Part shown: one piece after another, positions 41,670 through 55,535 of the stretch
Layout: every line of letters starts with the position of its first letter
Position numbering within the stretch: position 1 is the first letter of the stretch
From: the human T2T-CHM13v2.0 reference genome, Homo sapiens
Length of the DNA: 64,000 nucleotides
Assembly: GCF_009914755.1 (NCBI RefSeq)
Contig: NC_060933.1
Reading direction: 5' to 3' (one strand)
Translations under genes and position numbers: made by a program
Notes under the pieces: generated by a model
Database searches by the model: none
Told to the model about the DNA's origin: nothing
What the model saw: only the letters and a program-made list of their open reading frames with translations

Positions 41670-42488
41670 TCAGGCTGCTGAAAGTTGGTGTTTAGGGACT
41701 TACTTTACCCCCAATCCCCTGGTTTTGCCATTTCCTTACCTCAGACATTACCCTCCCTATTCAAGGATGTAGGATGTAGGTGATGGATGATGCTTCTGAG
41801 ATCATTGGTTCTCATTTGATAGATGGGAAAACTGAGGTCCATCTAAGGGCATCCAATTCAAATGGCAGATCTGCAGCAAAGCTTTGAATAAAATGCAGGG
41901 AGGCCCATTTCCAGATCAGTGCTGTATCATCTCTTGGAGCATGCTAGCTCTGCATCTCTCTTTTGATTCACAGAGTAGTCTTCCATTCTTGATCTCTCTG
42001 CCTTTTTTCTGATCTAAGTTTGTGCCACCATGTTAAATGATCTTTCTGGGAGGAAGACTATCTGGGCATGACACTTCTCAGTTAAAAGTTTTCAGTGGCT
42101 CCCTGGGGCCTCCCAGATAAAGTCCCAGGACCCTGGTGATCTGACCCATCTCTTCCTCTACAGTCTGCTCTTTCTGTTCATGTTCCTTTGTTGCCAGCCA
42201 CTTGAAACTTCTCACAGTTCCTACAATGTTTTCTCCCTGTTGCCTTGGGACCTTTACACATCCCCTTTCCCTTGCCCCTGGGTTCACTGATGAGCTTATC
42301 TTCAAATTCAGCTCAAATGTCTCCTCTTGAGGGAAGTTCTCATCCACATCGTCAGCACATTTGAATGCCATTTCCTCTGTGATCCTGGAATATTTGTTCA
42401 TATCCATATTTCAGCACACTCACAGCAATCATTTATTGACTGCTTACTATGCACCGAGCACCATTCTAAACAACTGATCTGGAGTATC

Positions 42489-43061
<573 letters not shown>

Positions 43062-46000
43062 ATGATCTGGAGTATTTCAATTATTCTTCACAGCAATGTA
43101 TAAGCTGAGAATGCTCACATAACTATTTCAGAGATGGGGAAACTGAAGCCCAGAGATGTCAAATAACTTGCCCCAGGTCAAAGAGCTGGTAAGTATCAGA
43201 GCTAAGATTGGGTTCTGGCAAATGTCTCAAATACATTTCATACTGCTGAAATTGCCTGTTTACTCAACTCTCTTACACACAACCATAAACTTGTTGAAGG
43301 TATTAATCCCTCTATAACCTAGCACTTAGCACAGTGACTTCATTCTGTACATGGAGTGTGCACTTTGTAAATGGCCACCGAGTGAACAATACAAGACTCT
43401 CTTCTATTTTATTTTATAGCATGCTAGACAACAGGATAGCACAGTGGCAAAAAACACAGACTCTGGAGTCAGACCCAGGTCCCAATTGTAGCTCTACCAC
43501 TTCCTGGTGCTTAAAGCAGGTCCTGTTTTGCCTGGTCTGTTTCACAGGGCTAATGATGATACCATATGGAAAAATCATGTGTATTAAATAAAGAAATCCA
43601 TAGCAAGTACAAAGCATAGCACTTGGATCTCAATAGACAGTAGATACTCAGTGTTTGTTATAATGGCCGTTATCATTCACTGTGTTCCTTCCCTTACCCC
43701 TTTCTTTCTTTCCTCTCTCTTTCCTGCTCACCTTAAGCAAGAGGCGTCCTCTCAGCAAGACTCGTTTGGGATTCGCAAAAGCTGAGAGGGAGCATGACTT
43801 CTCTGGCCCACTGAGCCCAGTGCCCTCCTTCCCCACCCCATGCTGCCACCTTCCAGCTGTGAAATGGTGTCCCTGCTCAACTGGGCCCCAAAGCTGTCAG
43901 GGGGCTGCCAATTTCACAGTTCACAAGGCTGCTGTTCCCCCCGATTAATGGGGTGCCAGCAGCCATGGGCAGGGCTCTGATACCAGTCATATGGGCTCTC
44001 TCTCCCCTGCCCACACTTCCTGAGGAAAAGAGAGCAGGCCAGCCTCATGCATATTTATGTAGGGAGAGAAATGATTTTGTACTGCATGCCTTCCAAAAAA
44101 AAAAAAAAAATAAGATTTCACCCAAGTCCCAGGCATTTCCCTGAGTGAACTCAGCATGCTTCAGGGAAGAAAACGACACAGACACAGACACACACACACA
44201 CACACACAAACACATACCCCACAGATGCACACATGGCATAATGAAAAACTGAAAACACTTTATATACCACTGATCTGAGCAGAGTGTTCTCACACCAAGG
44301 ATGACCCAGGAGACACAGGAGATATTAAACCCTAGAGCATGGACAGAATTATTTTGAAATTAATCCAGTTCCACCCTATAGCTCTAGGGAAATTAGAACA
44401 GATAAGGTCCAAATGTAGCCGGGCACTCAAGGCCTGCCCCACCACCTCCTAATCACTGCTTTTGTCTACAGCATTCCTGACCTCAGACTAAGCTGTTCTC
44501 TGTTCCTTGTATAAGCAATCACTTTCGGTGGTATATGCCATAGTGGGGCAGAAGAAAAGCTTTCATCTTAGGGCAATCCCAGTCCTTCTGTTCCAGTTAC
44601 AGAACGTCTTAAAAGCCACTTCAGCTTGCAGTGTCTCGGTGCCCCCATCTCTGTGTCCTAGAATAAACTGACCCAGGCTTCCTCACTGTGTTTGAGCCAC
44701 ATTGGCCTTCTAGGCCATTAAGCAAGCCAAGTTTTTATTTCAAGAGACTCTTCCTCATATTGAAACATCACGTTGGGCCCCACAAATACAGACAATTATT
44801 ATTTGTCAATTAAAAAATAAAATAGAACTTTTAAAAAGATCACTTTCTCTGTTCTTCAGTTCATTTGGTTGAACGCTACATACCCTTCTAATTCCAGCTT
44901 AAATCTTCCTTCCTCAGAAAGGCCTTCTTGAACAGCCAAATTGAGGTCAAGTATCCCCTTTCTTCTCCCAGAGCATGCAGTATGTTTCCTTCCTGGCAGC
45001 TTTGTGTTAATTAAATTAGTAATTGTGTGATAAGTTGGTTCAAGTCTCCAGTCTCAAGTCTGATTTTCTCATTAGAGGATAGCATCTCTGAGGGAAAGGG
45101 TCACGCCAGCACTTTCACTGCTCTGTCCTAATGAGTATTTGGTAAATGAATGAATGAATGAATTGCTGAGTAGTTGAGAGAATTAAATAAAGAAGCATAT
45201 AAAGCACCCGATCTATCTGCAGAGGACTTGCTCACAATGCACTATAATAACTAACATTAATTGACCCTTTTTCTTGTGATAAGCACTCCTTTAAGCATTG
45301 TGACATGTATTAATCATTTAGTCTTACATAAATTACATCATTTGTTCTTACAACAACTCGGGTATCCACATCCTTATTGTCTCCATTTTAGAAACGAGGA
45401 CAGTGAGAGGAAGGGGAGCATTTACTAATTTGCCCAAGGTTATACATAGCTAGTAAGTATCAGTAAATTTCAGGAGTTGACCTAGGTAGCCTAGTCCCAG
45501 AGTCCACATTTCTATCCACTACTCTCTAGAAAGATATTAGTTCCATCCCTTCACCTTCCCTCTCAGATATGTTCAGGCTTAGATACCTTGGTTGAAGACT
45601 TTGTCTTCCACAAAGCCTTTCCTGATTTGCCAGCCTCACTCTATTACATCTGAAAACCTACATCCCCCTTTCCCACATCCATGCATAGAGAGCTGGGGTT
45701 ATGAAATGCAGCCCTGATATCAGAATATCCTCTACTGCCCTCCCTCTGGATCTTTTATGGGTGGAGCAAACCTCATTTTCTTGCAATGTGAGGACACAGT
45801 CCAGAAATTGCTTTCTCCTCTGGGGTCCTACAGGGAGACACCCAGCCCTCAGAACCAAGCCAATTTAACACTCAGGAGAACCCTCTCCTCCTGGAATATC
45901 CATCTGACCTCCTTTCTGAGATAGCTACAGGTTAAGAGCCAGAAGAAGGTGTAGAGACCTCACAATCCATCTGCCCACATATAAACAGGCTGAGGCCCAG

Positions 46001-48127
46001 GGTTGAGAAGGACAACTCAGGCAACAGACACGCTGAAGGCACAGCCCAGGCTCTCTCATTTCTACCTGACTGCCCACCCTCTGTAGCATACTGCCTCCTC
46101 TCCCCTGGAGCAGAGCCGGGGGTATAGCAAGCAGACACTGCCAAGGACATAGCTGGAGCTGTGCCGAGCCAAAGCAGGCAGACTGTCTGTCCATGGGGCG
46201 AGGCTGCTTCCTGGGGTGATGAACAGCGCCAATCAGGCAGCACTTAACGCAATTATAATGAAGTAGATGCATCTGTTCTCCGAAGGCTTCATTCACCAGG
46301 GAAATCATGAGGAAGTGATATCTCTGTCTGCCGACCTCCTTGGGACACTCTCAGGGACAGTCCTGGAGCCAGGAAGCTGTTGACATGGACTGGAGACTGG
46401 CCTCAGCCATCTCAGAATGACAGTGACTGACACCCTTTATCTCTTTTGCATCATTTCTGTAAAAGGAGCTGTCAGTAGATAAGAGTTCGCATGAGAGAAT
46501 GTCTTCCTCTTTTCCTGGTTTTTCTAATAACCTCACCCCCTACATACACTGTTGGTCATGCCTGCAAGTCATATGGCACTGAGTTCCAACTCAGCTTCCA
46601 CTGATTTTAATGTATATCCACACCCCACAGTTCCACTGAAGAATGCAGGTTTAGACCAGCAAGGAAGGGTCCAAGCTGTTCATGATACAGATGGGAAGAC
46701 TGAGACTCAGGGAGGAGATATGACTTTCCCAAGATTATTACTATTTGTGTCAGGTGGCCTCTACACCAGATTGTTCATATATTATTGCATTTCATCCTGA
46801 AAATAACCTGAGAAGAGTCCAACACTATTAAAAGCCAGCTTCAGAGGTAAGGAATCCGAGACTAAAAGAGGTTAGTTACTCTGTCCACGATTGAGGCACT
46901 GTATGGGCACACGATTCATACCCACATCTGCCCATTCCACACCCATCTTGCTACTATCCATCATCCCAGAAAGCCCTGACGTTATAGATTGGCTTTGGTT
47001 TATAGACTAGTGTGTCTATAAACATTTTGATAAGCTAAAAGTTGTTTAAATCCTCTTCTTTTTTACATTTATTCCTAGTGCTATATATGAAAAGAATCCT
47101 GTGGTGAATTGCTTTTGTAAAATGAAGAATCATTTAGGAAAATAATCTGTCACTTCCTGATTTATTTCTTTGCTAAGCTGAGCTTTTCACAAATCAGTCT
47201 CCTTTGAAGCAAGGCACACCAGCCCTGCTCTGGGCAGATGGACTCCCTACTATTCTGGACAGGATATGATGTTTGAGGATCTGCCACATTCACAGATGCG
47301 TGCTTTAGTAAAAAGGAGCTGCAGATGCTTCATAACCTAGAGTGTGGCTTGCTAGGTACCCCAAGACTCCACCATCCTGATAAAGCTGATAGGAACAGAG
47401 CTCTATATCTGCACAGAGTCAGATAGTTCCAGATTAGCTTATGGATGGTGACGTCTCCTGGTGTGGGGATCTCCTCACTAGGGCATTCAGTATTGGATAT
47501 GACAAATTCTTTCATGGAGTGCTTGAAAAGAAGGCATGAGAGAAGAGTCAGAGGCAGGCAGAGCATGTCTCACAAGGAATGGAGATGGGCTAGGCACAGA
47601 AGCTGTGAAGCAGTAGAAGCCATGGGCATGCAGAGGTTAGGAAGCATAGAGAGGTTATTTCCAGGTGGGAGCCAAAGAGGAACAGAGAAAAAGAGGCCAA
47701 GATTCATGAATTTAGCAGAGCTACTTGAGGCAGAATCAATGAGCCAATTGCTGTTATATCCAATCAATAGTGTATCTCCATGAAGCCTGAGACTGTTTCT
47801 GATCATACCTGTCCTTGTGTTCCTCAAGGAACAGAAAGGTAAAGGAAGTACGGGAAGCAGAGTTATTGGTGAAAAGAGAGAATTTCAAGGTCACACAGAC
47901 CTAGCTTCAAATCCTGGGTCTAATACAAACCAGGTACATGACCCTGAGCTAGTTACCAGAGCCTCCTCTGCTTCGGTCTCCTCATCTGAAAAAGGGAGTG
48001 ATTAGAAGTAATGACCATATCAATTTTTTGAAAATTTTATGCGTAATTATTTATTAAGTACTGGTCACACAACTTGGCCCATATAGAGTAACTAATATTA
48101 CTCCTATTTCTACTAAAAATAAATCCT

Positions 48128-48507
<380 letters not shown>

Positions 48508-48711
48508 TTAAGGCATTTAGGTAAGTCTTCCATTGATTCATTTACTCACTTGTTTTATCAATTCACTCCTCAATTATTTATTTGCTTTCTATACAGTGCC
48601 AGGCAATGTTCTAAACAAGAAGCAGACAGCATGGGACAAAACAGACACAATTCTTAAAGATGGACAGATAATACTTATAATGGGTCAAATGGTGGCAAAA
48701 ATTATAAAGAA

Positions 48712-49018
48712 GGCCGGGAGAAGTGGCTCACGCCTGTAATCCTAGCACTTTGGGAGGCCAAGGAGGGCAGATCATGAAGTCAGGAGTTTGAGACTGGCCT
48801 GGCCAACATGGTGAAACCCCATCTCTACTAAAAACACAAAAATTAGCAGGGCGTGTTGGTGCACGCCTGTAATCCCAGCTACTCAGGAGGCTGAGGCAGG
48901 AGAAACTCTTGGACCTGCAAGGCAGAGGTCACAGTGAGCTGAGATTGTGCCACTGCACTCCAGCCTGGGAGACAGAGTGAGACTCCATCTCAGAAAAAGA
49001 AAGAAAAAAATAGAAAAA
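48712..49018 (+). mobile_element. AluS
   Basis: Full-length Alu about 250 bp downstream of the AluY, same orientation. Confidence 0.93.
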
Positions 49019-49260
49019 TTAAGGTAATGGAGAACACAGTGTGGTGCATGTGTGTATGATTATGTACATTGTTTTATTTTTTATTTTATACAGGCTGGTC
49101 AGGGAGGGCCTTAGGGTGCTATATGAAGAAAAACCTGAAGGAACTGGGGGAACAAGCCATGCAAAGCCCTGAGGAAAGAACTGTTCAGGAAGAGAGAACA
49201 GAGATGCAAAGGCCCTGAGATTGATGAAGATGATGATGATGATGCTAAAAAATAATGATG

Positions 49261-49690
49261 TGCTATGGTTTGAATGATTGTCTCCTCTGAAACTCATGTT
49301 GAAAGTCAACCCCCAATGTAATAGTATTGAGAGATGGGGCCTTTGAGAAGTGATTGGATCATGAAGATTCTGACCTCATTAATAGGTTAATCCACTCATG
49401 CATTAAAGGACTAATAGATTAATGGGTTGTCATGAGAATAGGTTAGTTATCACAAGAGTGAATCTGTTTTAAAAACTAGGTTGGCTGTCTGTCACGAGTC
49501 TCCCTGGTCATGTGATGCCCTGCGCTGCCTCAGGACTCTGCAGACAGTCCCCATCAGCAAGAAGGCCCTCACCAGATGCAGCCCTCCTACCTTGGACTTC
49601 CCAGTCTGCAGAACTGGAAGAAATAAATTTATTTTCTCCATAAACTACCTAGTCTCAGATATTCAGTTAAACAGAAAACAGACTAAGACA
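49261..49690 (+). mobile_element. Solo MaLR LTR (MSTC-like)
   Basis: TGctatggtttgaatg...aaactcatgttgaaa...aagaaggccctcaccagatgcag...gactaagaCA. Confidence 0.85.
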
Positions 49691-49834
49691 CAATGGAACA
49701 ATAACATTGCTATCCTACATCTGTGTAGTATGTTACAGTTACAAAAAGCATTCACCTTTATAATTGTTTGTTCCTCCCACGTTCTTGTGAAACTGGAATC
49801 TCCATTTTACCAATGTGACAACCAAGGCTTGGAG

Positions 49835-50025
49835 CAGGGTTTCTCAGCCTTGATTTGATAGATATTCTGAGGTGGGTAATTATTTGCTGGGGTTGGGGGG
49901 CGGTCCTGTGCATTGTAGAATGTTAAGCAGCATCCCTGGCCTAACCCCTCCCTAGTCATGACAAAAAAAAATGTCTTCAGACATTGCTAAAGGTCTCCAG
50001 TGAAAGATGTGTGTGTGTGTCTGTG

Positions 50026-50077
<52 letters not shown>

Positions 50078-50110
50078 GAAATCACCCCCGATCCTGGTTG
50101 AAAGTGACTA
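49835..50110. mobile_element. MER20 containing a (TG)n(GA)n compound microsatellite
   Basis: cagggtttctcagcc...gtcctgtgcattgtagaatgttaagcagcatccctggcc...cagacattgc; microsatellite at about 50008-50077. Confidence 0.8.
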
Positions 50111-53100
50111 GTTCAAGACATCAATATGTCGAAATTAGTGAGTAGGTAAGGAGATAAGATTAGAATCTGACCCATATCCCCTAGTCAGGAAAGTTTAAGA
50201 CCATCACCCTTTCCATAGCATGAGGAGTTTTCCGAAGTTGCCTGCGTATATTAATACTGGAAGGTGTCATGTAGTTTATGGGGGTGGGGTGGAGGAGAGT
50301 GAGATGAGGAGACATAGTGGGGCTATCATCTCCATTTTCCAGTCACTGGCCTCTACTTCAGTATGGAATAGCAGCTAAGGGAGCAAGATGCCTGTCTCCT
50401 CACTGCTGTGTTGTTGCTGGATGCCGAGGAAACATCGTAGCTGGGAACTCTTCAGAAACCAAGCTCCTGTCCTGCCAAAGATGTTAACCACCCAGGATGG
50501 CTTCTAGCCAAGTTACAGGGGTTCAGCATTCATTCCACGGATGAGAAAGCATGCATAGATGAGAATAAACAACTTGTTTAAGGTACTACAGTTTTTAAAT
50601 GTGGAGAAGAAAGGGCACTCAATAAATGTCTGACTTGGAAATGCCAAGGAATAATGATTCTATGGGCTACTGACTGTAAAAGCATCCACATTTTGAGAGT
50701 CCCGTGGGAGCCAGGTACCCGTGGGAATTATCTATTTGCAGGCAGGTCGGTGGCCTCTCTAACCATGCTCAGTGGGCAGCACTACATCTACCTGAGCATC
50801 AGTGAGTGCCCTTTCCCCAGAGCGTGGAGTCTGAGAATGGCCGTCCATTCTCACCAGGACTTCATAATTCTAGTGTCCCCTCCTGTCCCCACCTGGGACA
50901 GTGGGTAGAAGGTCCTGTCTGCCAGACATCCTAACCTCCCAGATAGGAGACTCCTACATCCTGAACAATGTCTTATAAAAGGACACAAAAAAGGTGAGGA
51001 TTGTAAGCTGTAGAGAAAGAAAACAACGGCACTTAAAAGTGCTCAGGAGATAGGATCAGGAGAACTGCTGTTTACCCACTACCCACTAGGCAGCAAATTA
51101 GTCCCTTCCAGTCAGGGATATATTCATTTGCCCATTCACCCATTCATTTTAAACATATTTAGCAATCTCCTATGATGAGTCAAGACAAAGGCATGGGCTG
51201 GAACATGGATAGAAAGGAACTCCTTCAGAAGTGGTGTGGTTGAAACGTTAAGATGGCATTGACTAGAAACAGAATGTCCACATCAAAGCCACCATTCCCC
51301 ACAAACGCTGCATCCCCCATACACCCAGTATTAACTTGCTGTGTAACTTCAGATACCTCTCTCCCCTCCCTGGGTCTCTGTTGAATGAAATGAATATTTC
51401 AGACAACATGTCAATAATAGCTTCCATTTCTTGAGTCAAAACACTGTGCTATTTTATATATATGATTTCCTTAATTCTTACAAGAATACTGCAAAACAAG
51501 TAATCCCATTTTAGAGGTGAGGAGGTTGAATCTCAAAAGTATTAGTAAGGTGAAACTGGACCCCGGTGTGTCTGGTTCAAGAGTTGGGCATCTTAACTAC
51601 TTTATCCTCTGCTGTCAAAGTTCTTAAAGGTCTCTTGGTCTCTGATCTGCTGCCAGCCTCTGCCTGGCTGGTAAAACAAAACTCAAGGAGTTGAAAGAGA
51701 GTGGTATCCTTTCCTAGACTAATCTGTGCATCCCTACCCTTATACTAATGGAGAGTGAAGATACATACCTTCTAGAAAGTCTTAAAGATCCTAAGGCCTC
51801 CCGCTCTTGCTACACAAAATAGGAAGTGAATCCATTGTTCCTGTATACTCTGGGTTCCCACTGCTCAGATCATAAGGGCTGTCTCAATTTCTCCTTCCTC
51901 TGGGAGATGTGAGTTCCAATCTCTCAGGAAGGAGGGAGAATTTAGGTTAAGGAACTTAATCAGGTGGTGTTCCTGATGAAGTAGAGAGAGCAGCCCTTCC
52001 AAAGCAGTTGCTACCACTCAGCTCCTGCTAAGTGCTGGAAGGCACAAGAATGGGCCTAAGGTTTTGAGATCCTTCAGTCACCAAGTGAGGCAGAAATGTG
52101 AATTTCTATGTGAAATTTTCCAATTTATATATATTAACAACTGAATTCAAAAATATACCCTGTAGGCAAGCAAAAACAAAACAAAACAAAACATTATGTA
52201 GGGGCTAAATTCTGCCTGTGAGTTTCCATAGTACAATCTCTATTCTCTGCTCTCGTTAGTATCCTCGCTTCTGAGTTGCAACTCTATGTCCAAATCACTC
52301 CTTCTCAGTTTGGCCCTAACTGTTTACCACCTTTGCAAAAATTCATTCCCCCATTTTCCAATGGCTTTTCATGTCACTCACAGGAAGAGTCAGTGTCCCT
52401 TTCTATCAGGCTCTACATGACTTTCTTACCACTGCTCCTATAACCCAATTTATTCTAGTGCTCTCTCTCTCAATGCTACTCCTCCCTATTCCTCTAGTGC
52501 TCCAATCACACTGGTGCCAGGGACCTTTATACCTGCTGTTCCCTCTGCCCAAAAAGCTGTTTCCTCAAATATTCAAATGGCTTGCCTCTTCATCTCCTGT
52601 AGATCAGTTTTCATGTGTTATCTGATCATTAAGACCTTTCCTGAGGGCCCTAATTCCCTCCTTTGTTTTCTTTCTCCCCCATTGCAATTATTATCATTCA
52701 TTATTATATATCTAATATATACATATATTTTGTTCATTTGCTTATAGTCTTTCTGTGCTAGAAAGAAACTGCTATAGAAATTGACTTGCATATATCTTAT
52801 TTATTGCTTTATCTTCAGTGCCTTAAATAGTTCCTGACACACAGTAGGTACTTAATTAAAGCTTGTTGAATTAATGAATGAAAAATAGATGAATAAATGT
52901 TACCTTATTTAACAAATGTGTATGGAGACTTCCCAACAGATATTGAGCTAAACATGTATCAAGAACTTTAAAACATTCAGACCATTTGACCCAATAATTC
53001 CACTCCTGGGAATATACCCTGAGGAAATAACACAGAATAGTGAAAATGAATTTAAGACTAAAAATGGTTGTTGATGTTGAATACAAAATAGCAAAAAAAA

Positions 53101-55220
53101 AAAAAAAAAAGCTGCTAAAATGTCCATCAATAAATACATTATGAAGCAGTCATGAGATAGAATTACATGCATGTTGAAATACTTATTGTATAATATTAAA
53201 TAAAAATGCAAGATAGAAAACAATAATTTTTCACTTTCAATATATAAAAGGGAAAAGACAGAAAAAATTAGTAAAAAGTTACTGTGGCTATTCAATGGGG
53301 CATACAAAAAATTGCTAATTTATACTTTACTTTCAAGTGTTCACTAATGAGCATGCATAACTTTTATAATTAAGAAATATTAGATAAAATAAGGACTGAT
53401 CATACTTGTGGTAGTAGTGATGAATTTAGCTCTACAGTGGATAAAGATATCAAATCCAGAGGCAGGCTGGTTCTTTGTCAGAGGCATTGAGGTTGAGCTG
53501 TCCTGGACTTTCTTTGTCAGTCAGTTCCCCACTGGGTGAGCTCCAGCCATTTCAAGGGAGCCCAGGACAGGAGGTACAAAGTCCCCTGACTGCTGGGAAA
53601 CTGCTTCAGCTCTGATCAATCAGAGAACAGTCGCTTCAGCCCCTGACATTTACCAAACCTCCTTCAACCTCATCTGTCACTATGCGGTGGTACTGCCTTG
53701 CCAGCCACAGTCTAATCAAGTCAGAATGTGCAAGGGTCCCCAGAGATAAAGAGAAAGCGGGGCTCTGAGGGAGTAGGGAGAAAGGAGAGACAGGGAGATG
53801 GAAAAGGATCATGAGGGAGGAGGGGAAGAGCAAATGTTCAGAGCATGCCCGTTTGTTTTGCTATCATGGCAATTAATGCTGGGAAGTGACATTTTAAGGG
53901 GCTCTAGTGACAACTTTGGTGACATTCCTGTTTGTGATTCCATGACAAATCTCTGTCTATATCTTATTTTAGAGAGTGTAGAGACAGCTCAGAGGATGGC
54001 TATCAGGGGATGCCAAGCTCCTGTCTGTTGGAGGCATTGCTGCTGCCTGCTTTGCAGAGCCTAGGCATTTAGACACCAGGGCCAAACGTCCAAGAGGAGG
54101 CACCAGCTAAGAAACCAAAGCAAAAAAGCCGCAGAGGCAGGGTCTGGTCCAGGATGGCCTTGTGAACTCCACCATGTGGTACAATTAATTGGAGCAAAAA
54201 ATGAATGCTCTGCCATTCTACAAGTGACATTTGGTTTGTCAATCAGTGGCAAAGAAAAAAAAGAAAACTCAATTCTGAATACTTTCCAGGCTGGCTAGTT
54301 CTAAGGAGCCTATTTTCAAACACAGATATTGCCTCCTTGTTTTCTAAGAAGTCCTAAGATGAAAATTAAATAGAAATAAATTAAGCTCAAATTTTACAAG
54401 CTGAGAATTAGAAGAGATTACTTAAATTGTGTCTGATCTCTCCCCATGCTATACCATTTTGACAAATGTCTACCTAGTCTTGTTTGAATACTTCCAAAGA
54501 GTAGTTCATGATCTTTCAGATTAAGAGGGGGAGAGCAATGTAGATATAACAAGTTGTTTACCAAATAATATTCAGGATGTCACAGGGATAAATACAGTGT
54601 GGCAAAACAAAGAGAGTACTGAACTTGAACTTAAGGGATGTGGGTATAAAGTACAATTGCACCATCAAACTCTCTGTATTTCATGGATGAGTGACTTAAT
54701 GTCTCAGAGCTGGAACAAGGTTCTGTGTCTCTCAAAAGGGTTCAATAACACACAGTTTATCATATAATGTTTATGAAGCCATTCTATAAATGTTAAAGTG
54801 CTGTATAAATTAAAGCAGCTATTACCGTTTTATACCCTTCTTAACTGTGACCTTTTAGGGAAAGACTATTCCCTATTTTGCTATGTATGTCTACATTAAA
54901 CAGTCTTCAGCACACAGTGGGTGATGGTAAACATTTGTTAAAGAAATGAATATGAATGAATGAACAAATGAATGGTGAGGAAGAGGTGTACCCAAAGAGA
55001 AGAATCAGGAAGTAAATGCAATCCTGTCTCCCCCTGTGGCTGTGGAGATGGCTAATGAAGGAACAGAGGACACAGGACAGAACTATGAGCCTTCAGGACA
55101 TTTAAAATGCAAAATTCAAACATCACTGGGAATAGGGAGAGGACAGAGGCAACATGGAGAGGAAAGAGGCAGTTTGGTATAAGGATGTCAAGGCACTTTG
55201 ATGTTAAGAAAGTCATTTCT

Positions 55221-55535
55221 GGCTGGGCGTGGTGGCTCATGCCTGTAATCCCAGCACTCTGGGAGGCTGAGGTGGTTGGATCATGAGGTGAGGAGATCGA
55301 GACCATCCTGGCCAACATGGTGAAACCCTGTCTCTACTAAAAATACAAAAATTAGCTGGGTGTGGTGGTGCACACCTGTAATCCCAGCTACTGAGGAGGC
55401 TGAGGGAGGAGAATCACTTGAACTTGGGAGGCAGAGCTTGCAGTAAGCCAAGATGGTGCTACTACACACTCCAGCCTGGTGACACAGCCAGATTCAGTCA
55501 CCAAAAAAAAAAAAAAAAAAAGAAAAAGAAAAGAA
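55221..55535 (+). mobile_element. AluS
   Basis: Full Alu flanked by aagaaa(g/a)tcatttc TSD. Confidence 0.93.

Noticed and set aside
46180-46232. REST/RE1-like half sites
   Set aside because: Only partial matches (CCATGGACAG on minus, ACAGCGCC on plus), without correct spacing or orientation.
55026-55045. Second CTCF-like motif (GCCACAGGGGGAGAC on minus)
   Set aside because: Too many mismatches at core positions.
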